A stretch of 64,000 nucleotides of DNA, taken from contig JBFLYH010000001.1 in the NCBI GenBank assembly GCA_040756875.1, positions 1,372,878 through 1,436,877 of the forward strand. The letters run 5' to 3'. This DNA comes from a candidate division FCPU426 bacterium. GTDB taxonomy: Bacteria; Oederibacteriota; JAAXVQ01; JAUVAV01. The position numbers were made by a program, and so were the translations under genes. Below the pieces are notes generated by a model that made no database searches, was not told the origin of the DNA, and worked only from the letters and a program-made list of their open reading frames with translations. This document shows positions 59,996 to 64,000 of this stretch, piece after piece (position 1 is the first letter of the stretch; every line of letters begins with the position of its first letter).

Positions 59996-62878
59996 TCATT
60001 TGTATCCATATACTCTTACATAATCCAGCAGGATAAACTGCCCGGGCTCCCCCTCCATGTTGATCTGCACGATGAATTCCCTGACCCCGCGCCAGCCGGT
60101 CTTGGCCCGTAGGTCCGCCGAATAGGTCAGGGCGTCGGCCGAGCCGGCGACAAGGTCCCAGTAATTGTCCGTGCCCGGCTCGCGCAGGGCGATGTTCCAG
60201 CGCGTGCCCGGCGAGTTGCGGACCACTTTGGCTTCCACGTAGTTGTAGCGGTCGACATCGAGGCGGATCAGGCGGCTGCGGATGTTCCCCCAGGTGCTCT
60301 CCGCGGTGCGCGTGACCGCGGCGAAGCCGGGTTCGCACGCATACGCGATCTCGGCATTGAGGTCCGCCTGGTCGGTTTCATCCTGCCATTGCGAGGGTTG
60401 CCGGCCCGGCGTGCCGTTGAAGTCGTCCTGCCATCCGTTCATGCAGGGCGGCGTGACGGTGGGCGTGCCGGTCGGGCGCTGCCGCGGTTCGGCCAGGCCG
60501 GGCACAAAGGCGCCCATCCGGTTGTTCACGATGACGGCCCGGGAGGAAAACCCGGCGGTTGTGATGAACATCATCCAATATCCCGGTCCGAGATCAGGGG
60601 GAAACCTCAGGCGCAGCGTGTCCTTGGTCTGGGACCACGCCAGGGGATAAAGCCGGGAAGTCAGGTCCAGCATTTGCCCGGAAGAACTGTACACGCCCAT
60701 GCTGCCGCTGTCCAGGGCGAGGAGCCAAGCCCGGGGATAATTCACAGCCGAACTGCCCCACCCCTGGCCGCAGCCTGCCCCCCAGGGGCCGCGAAATCCC
60801 TGCCCGATCACGATGCCGATGGCCCCGGGTTTGGCCACATCGGACCAGGTCTTGATCCGCGGGCCTGGCCCGGATTCAGGCGGCAGGGCTTCGCCGCGAT
60901 AAGAACAGGCTTCCAGGCTGGCCAGATATTCCAGCCGGTCCTCGCCGCCGGTCAGCAGCACGCGGCCGTCCGCCAGCAGCGTGGCCGTATGCTCCCGGCG
61001 CTGGCCCGCCAGCGGGGCTGAAAGGTGGAAATGGTCCGTGGCCGGATGGTACCATTCTGTTTCCGCGGCGCCGCCCGCCAGCAGGACGTCGCCGCCGGGC
61101 AGCAGGGTGGCGGTGTGCCCGCTGCGGGCCCGGTTGAGGCGGCCGGCGGAAACGAACCGGTTGGTCGCGGGATCATAGCGTTCCGCCCCGGCTAAAAGGC
61201 TTTCCTGATTGGCGCCGCCGGCGATCAAAACCTGGCCGTTGGCCAGGCGTGTGGCCGTGTGCATGGCTCTGGGTTCGGCCATGGCGCCGGCGGGCGAAAA
61301 ACGCCGGGTCAGCGGATCGTACAATTCGGCGCTGGCCAGGTAACGCGCGCCGTTGTACCCTCCGGCGATCAGCACTTTGCCATTGGCCAGCAAGGTTGCG
61401 GAATGCTTTTCCCTGGGTTCAGCCATGCGGCCCGCGGAGATGAAGCTTCTGCTTTCAGGATCATAGAGCTCGGCGCTTGCGAGATGCTTCTGGTTGAATC
61501 CCCCGGCCAGCAGCACCTGGCCGTTGTTCAGGAGTGTGGCCGTTTGCTTTTCCCGCCGGGCCAGCATCCTGCCCGTCATTTCGAAGCGCCGCGTGTCCGG
61601 ATGGTAAAGCTCGGCGCTGTCATAATACTCGCCGTCGCCGTAGCCGCCGGCCAGCAGCACCTCGCCTCCGGGCAGGAGGGTCGCGGAATGGCAGTGCCGC
61701 GGAACCAGCATCATGCCCGCCGCCAGGATGGCATTGGCCTGGGGGGCGAAGCGTTCGCACTGGGCGAGATAACGTCCGTTATAACCGCCCGCGATCAGAA
61801 CCTGGCCGTCCGGCAGCAGGGTGGCGGTGTGGGTGTGACGGGAAAGGCTCATGGATCCCAGCGCGGTCCAGGCGCCGGTTCCGGGCAGGTAGAGTTCCGG
61901 CCGCAGCCCGCTGCCGCCGCCGAAGACGAAGACTTTGCCGTCTGGCAGCAGCGTGGCGCTGTGGAAGGCGCGGGCCGAAGCCATGGGCGCCTGCGTCAGC
62001 CAGCGGTTGCCGGCAGGATCAAACCTCCATGCCTGAGGCCCGGACAGCAGCATCACCGTGCCGTCAGGCAGCAGCGTGGCGGTCAAACCGGGCCGGAGGG
62101 CGTCCAGCTGGCCCACAACCTGCGCGCGCCGCTCCTGGGGGAAATACCGCTCCACTGCCGCGGGCCCGCCGCCGGCCAGCAAGACGCTTCCGTCCGCCAG
62201 CAGCACGGCCGCCGGGTCGATGCGGTCGCCCGCGAGCCGGCCGGCGGACTGAAAGTCATTGCGCCCGATGCGGTAGATTTCCACGGCCGGGTTCCCGCCG
62301 CCGGCCACCAGCACCTGCCGCTCGTCCAACAGGACGGCCGCATGCCCGGCGCGAGCGAATTGAAGGTTTCCGGCTTTTCGGAATTTTCCGTTTCGCGGGT
62401 CGTACAGTTCGGCCGCCTGCGGGCCGCCGCCGGCCAGCAACACCTGGCCGGTCGGCAGCAGCGTGGCCGTGTGCCCTGCCCGCGCAAAATGCATGCTGCC
62501 CGTGGAGGTAAACTCGCCGGTTGCCGGCTGGTAAATCTCAGCCGAGGATTGCGGCTTTCCGAACGCGTCCTCGCCGCCCGCGATCAGAACCGTGCCGTCG
62601 GGCAGCAGCGTGGCCGTGTGCCGGGCCCGCCGGTTGGTCATGTATCCGGCGACGCGGAAAGTCCCGTTTTGCGGATCGAACAGCCAGGCGCCGTAGCCCG
62701 GCCGGCCCTGGCTGAAGCCTCCGGTCAGCAGCACTTTTCCGTTGGGAAGCAGGGTCGCGGCATGCCGCGCAGTGTCCGTGGTCGCTTCCACCGGATAGCA
62801 CCACTCCCCGGCAGCGGCTGATTTGAGGTAGGCGAATATCAACAGGGCGGATAGCAGGATGCGAGCGGTAGGTCTCAT
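59996..62878 (-). CDS. Kelch-repeat (tandem beta-propeller) secreted protein ending in one repeated module, no CTD
   Basis: About 14 R..HTATLL.(D/N)G.VL.AGG...AE.YDP repeats; C-terminal WQDDFNGTPGRQPSQWQDETD...TRTAESTWG module. Confidence 0.88.
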   Translation of the reverse strand: MRPTARILLSALLIFAYLKSAAAGEWCYPVEATTDTARHAATLLPNGKVLLTGGFSQGRPGYGAWLFDPQNGTFRVAGYMTNRRARHTATLLPDGTVLIAGGEDAFGKPQSSAEIYQPATGEFTSTGSMHFARAGHTATLLPTGQVLLAGGGPQAAELYDPRNGKFRKAGNLQFARAGHAAVLLDERQVLVAGGGNPAVEIYRIGRNDFQSAGRLAGDRIDPAAVLLADGSVLLAGGGPAAVERYFPQERRAQVVGQLDALRPGLTATLLPDGTVMLLSGPQAWRFDPAGNRWLTQAPMASARAFHSATLLPDGKVFVFGGGSGLRPELYLPGTGAWTALGSMSLSRHTHTATLLPDGQVLIAGGYNGRYLAQCERFAPQANAILAAGMMLVPRHCHSATLLPGGEVLLAGGYGDGEYYDSAELYHPDTRRFEMTGRMLARREKQTATLLNNGQVLLAGGFNQKHLASAELYDPESRSFISAGRMAEPREKHSATLLANGKVLIAGGYNGARYLASAELYDPLTRRFSPAGAMAEPRAMHTATRLANGQVLIAGGANQESLLAGAERYDPATNRFVSAGRLNRARSGHTATLLPGGDVLLAGGAAETEWYHPATDHFHLSAPLAGQRREHTATLLADGRVLLTGGEDRLEYLASLEACSYRGEALPPESGPGPRIKTWSDVAKPGAIGIVIGQGFRGPWGAGCGQGWGSSAVNYPRAWLLALDSGSMGVYSSSGQMLDLTSRLYPLAWSQTKDTLRLRFPPDLGPGYWMMFITTAGFSSRAVIVNNRMGAFVPGLAEPRQRPTGTPTVTPPCMNGWQDDFNGTPGRQPSQWQDETDQADLNAEIAYACEPGFAAVTRTAESTWGNIRSRLIRLDVDRYNYVEAKVVRNSPGTRWNIALREPGTDNYWDLVAGSADALTYSADLRAKTGWRGVREFIVQINMEGEPGQFILLDYVRVYGYK

Positions 62879-62896
62879 GGAGCCCCCAGGCAGGCC

Positions 62897-62925
62897 AGTA
62901 TAGCTTGGAGTCAGGTGGCAAACAA
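62897..62925 (-). promoter_or_regulatory. Possible sigma70-type promoter for the Kelch gene
   Basis: TTGTTT-N17-TATACT. Confidence 0.45.
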
Positions 62926-63056
62926 GGGTTTAATCCCTCCGCAGAGGGATAGGATAGCGGGATTGTCTTGCGGAGGGAGGGAGCCCTGGCCAGCGGTCCC
63001 GTAGGGACCTTCTGCCCAGGGTTCACTCCACTGGCGGTTGGGAACAGCTGTCAGGA

Positions 63057-63674
63057 TCAGGCGGTCACCAGGCCCACGGCATCTTCCCCCAGCCACGGGC
63101 GGCTGATTTTCGACAGTAAATGTTTGCCCCGCAAGAGGCGCACGCCCAGGATTGCAGCCGGAATGTTCAAACGCCTGGCTGCTTCGCTGTAAGAGTGGCG
63201 CTTCCAATAAATAAGGTAGATCACGCGCCGGTATTTCTTCGGCAGCGTCTTCAAGGCCTGGCGCAGGCCGCTGATCTGCTGTTCCAGCACCAGCTGCTCC
63301 TCCAGGTTGTTTCCCGGTGCGGTCAAAACCAGGTTCTCGGGCAGACCGGCCTGAGGCAGGCGCCGCCGCTTGGTCAGATGTGTCTTGCAGGTGTTGGCCG
63401 TTATGCGGAACAACCAGGTCCACAGCCCCGATTGGCCGCGAAAATTAAGAATCTTTTTCTCGCCCAAGACTTTGGAAAAAACTTCCTGTGCCGCGTCCCG
63501 GGCATCGTGCAGATCGCGGAAATAACGCAGGCAGGTATTCAGCACTTTGCGATAGTATCGGTCTGCCAGCTGATCCGCCGCGCTTGCCACGTTATTACGG
63601 ATTAGCTGGATGAGCTCCATATCCGTTAAATCGATCGTATCTTTCTTTTCAGTACAAATAACAGGCATGGGCAT
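63057..63674 (-). CDS. ECF sigma factor (sigma70 group 4, RpoE-like)
   Basis: Region 2 DARDAAQEVF...FRGQSGLWTWLFRITAN; region 4 LP..YR.VI.L.Y....SY.E.A..L.IP; AGGAG RBS. Confidence 0.88.
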   Translation of the reverse strand: MPMPVICTEKKDTIDLTDMELIQLIRNNVASAADQLADRYYRKVLNTCLRYFRDLHDARDAAQEVFSKVLGEKKILNFRGQSGLWTWLFRITANTCKTHLTKRRRLPQAGLPENLVLTAPGNNLEEQLVLEQQISGLRQALKTLPKKYRRVIYLIYWKRHSYSEAARRLNIPAAILGVRLLRGKHLLSKISRPWLGEDAVGLVTA

Positions 63675-63704
63675 TCGCTCCTATATTAATGATTCACAAT
63701 AATA

Positions 63705-63720
63705 AGCAAACGCCATGCCA
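63705..63720 (-). promoter_or_regulatory. sigma54 (-24/-12) promoter for the ECF gene
   Basis: TGGCATGGCGTTTGCT versus consensus TGGCACG-N4-TTGC(A/T); exact GG-N10-GC; ends ~30 nt upstream of the start codon. Confidence 0.78.
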
Positions 63721-63833
63721 CTTCTAGGCAGTTAGTAAAAAACTCTTTTCCTTATAAATAAGCTGTTTCTGCATTTATTCAAAAGAAGAGACAAACGAAA
63801 CCGGAAGGTTTTTATTCCAGCCGGAACAAATAA

Positions 63834-63851
63834 CTTCCACTTCAGTGGAAG
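63834..63851. promoter_or_regulatory. Palindrome, candidate upstream activator sequence for a sigma54 enhancer-binding protein
   Basis: CTTCCACT-TC-AGTGGAAG perfect 8-bp inverted repeat ~115-130 bp upstream of the -24 box. Confidence 0.4.
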
Positions 63852-64000
63852 CCGCACTGGGCAGGCACCTGGATATTTTAGGAGGGATTTAAATCATTCC
63901 GGCGGACAACTCAGGCTTGGTTTTTAGGAGGGCGTTGGATGCCATAGCGACGCAGGAGTTGGTTGAGCTGCTCCCGCGCCAAGCCCATGGCCCGGGCTGC

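Noticed and set aside
62911-63423. 170-aa minus-strand ORF (and 62538..63026) as an anti-sigma factor
   Set aside because: They overlap the ECF or Kelch genes in other frames and have no TM helix or HxxxCxxC motif.

Overview
GC-rich bacterial chromosomal window in which all but one supported gene lie on the minus strand. I found no rRNA, tRNA, CRISPR array or mobile element. Left part (1-18.3 kb): a long, tightly packed minus-strand run. It encodes a degenerate HD-GYP sensor, an adenylate cyclase, an LMW phosphatase, rpiB, glyA, a dCMP deaminase, a WecA-like GT4, wecB, an O-antigen-ligase-like/TPR protein, nrdR, an AmrS radical SAM, two V4R-like paralogs, EndoQ, an M16 peptidase and an SPFH protein. 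A TolB-like/OmpA-like lipoprotein gene is divergent from this run. Right part (20.3-64 kb) is the main finding: a ~43-kb array of secreted multidomain proteins (303-3163 aa). Seven carry a T9SS type-A-like C-terminal sorting domain (YPNP...GERVA...G(I/V)Y...KKVA(I/L)(I/V)(K/R)), one carries a variant FlgD/type-B-like CTD, and three PorV/PorQ-like beta-barrel genes are interleaved among them. Eight proteins share a ~140-aa module that I cannot assign to a named family (about 22 close and 6 diverged copies). One of these is a non-catalytic protein built of six tandem copies. Catalytic cores look GH5-like (two proteins) and GH14/GH42-like (two proteins). Eight genes have a conserved ECF-type promoter (-35 variable, N17-18, GTCTAA-like -10), usually right behind a terminator or hairpin. 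The array is headed by an ECF sigma gene with no adjacent anti-sigma gene, preceded by a near-consensus sigma54 promoter and a palindromic candidate enhancer. Inference: a sigma54 -> ECF -> T9SS-like glycan-active surface-protein regulon in an organism that does not look like Bacteroidota. No core T9SS translocon genes are in the window. All family assignments come from motif recognition by eye, not from database searches.
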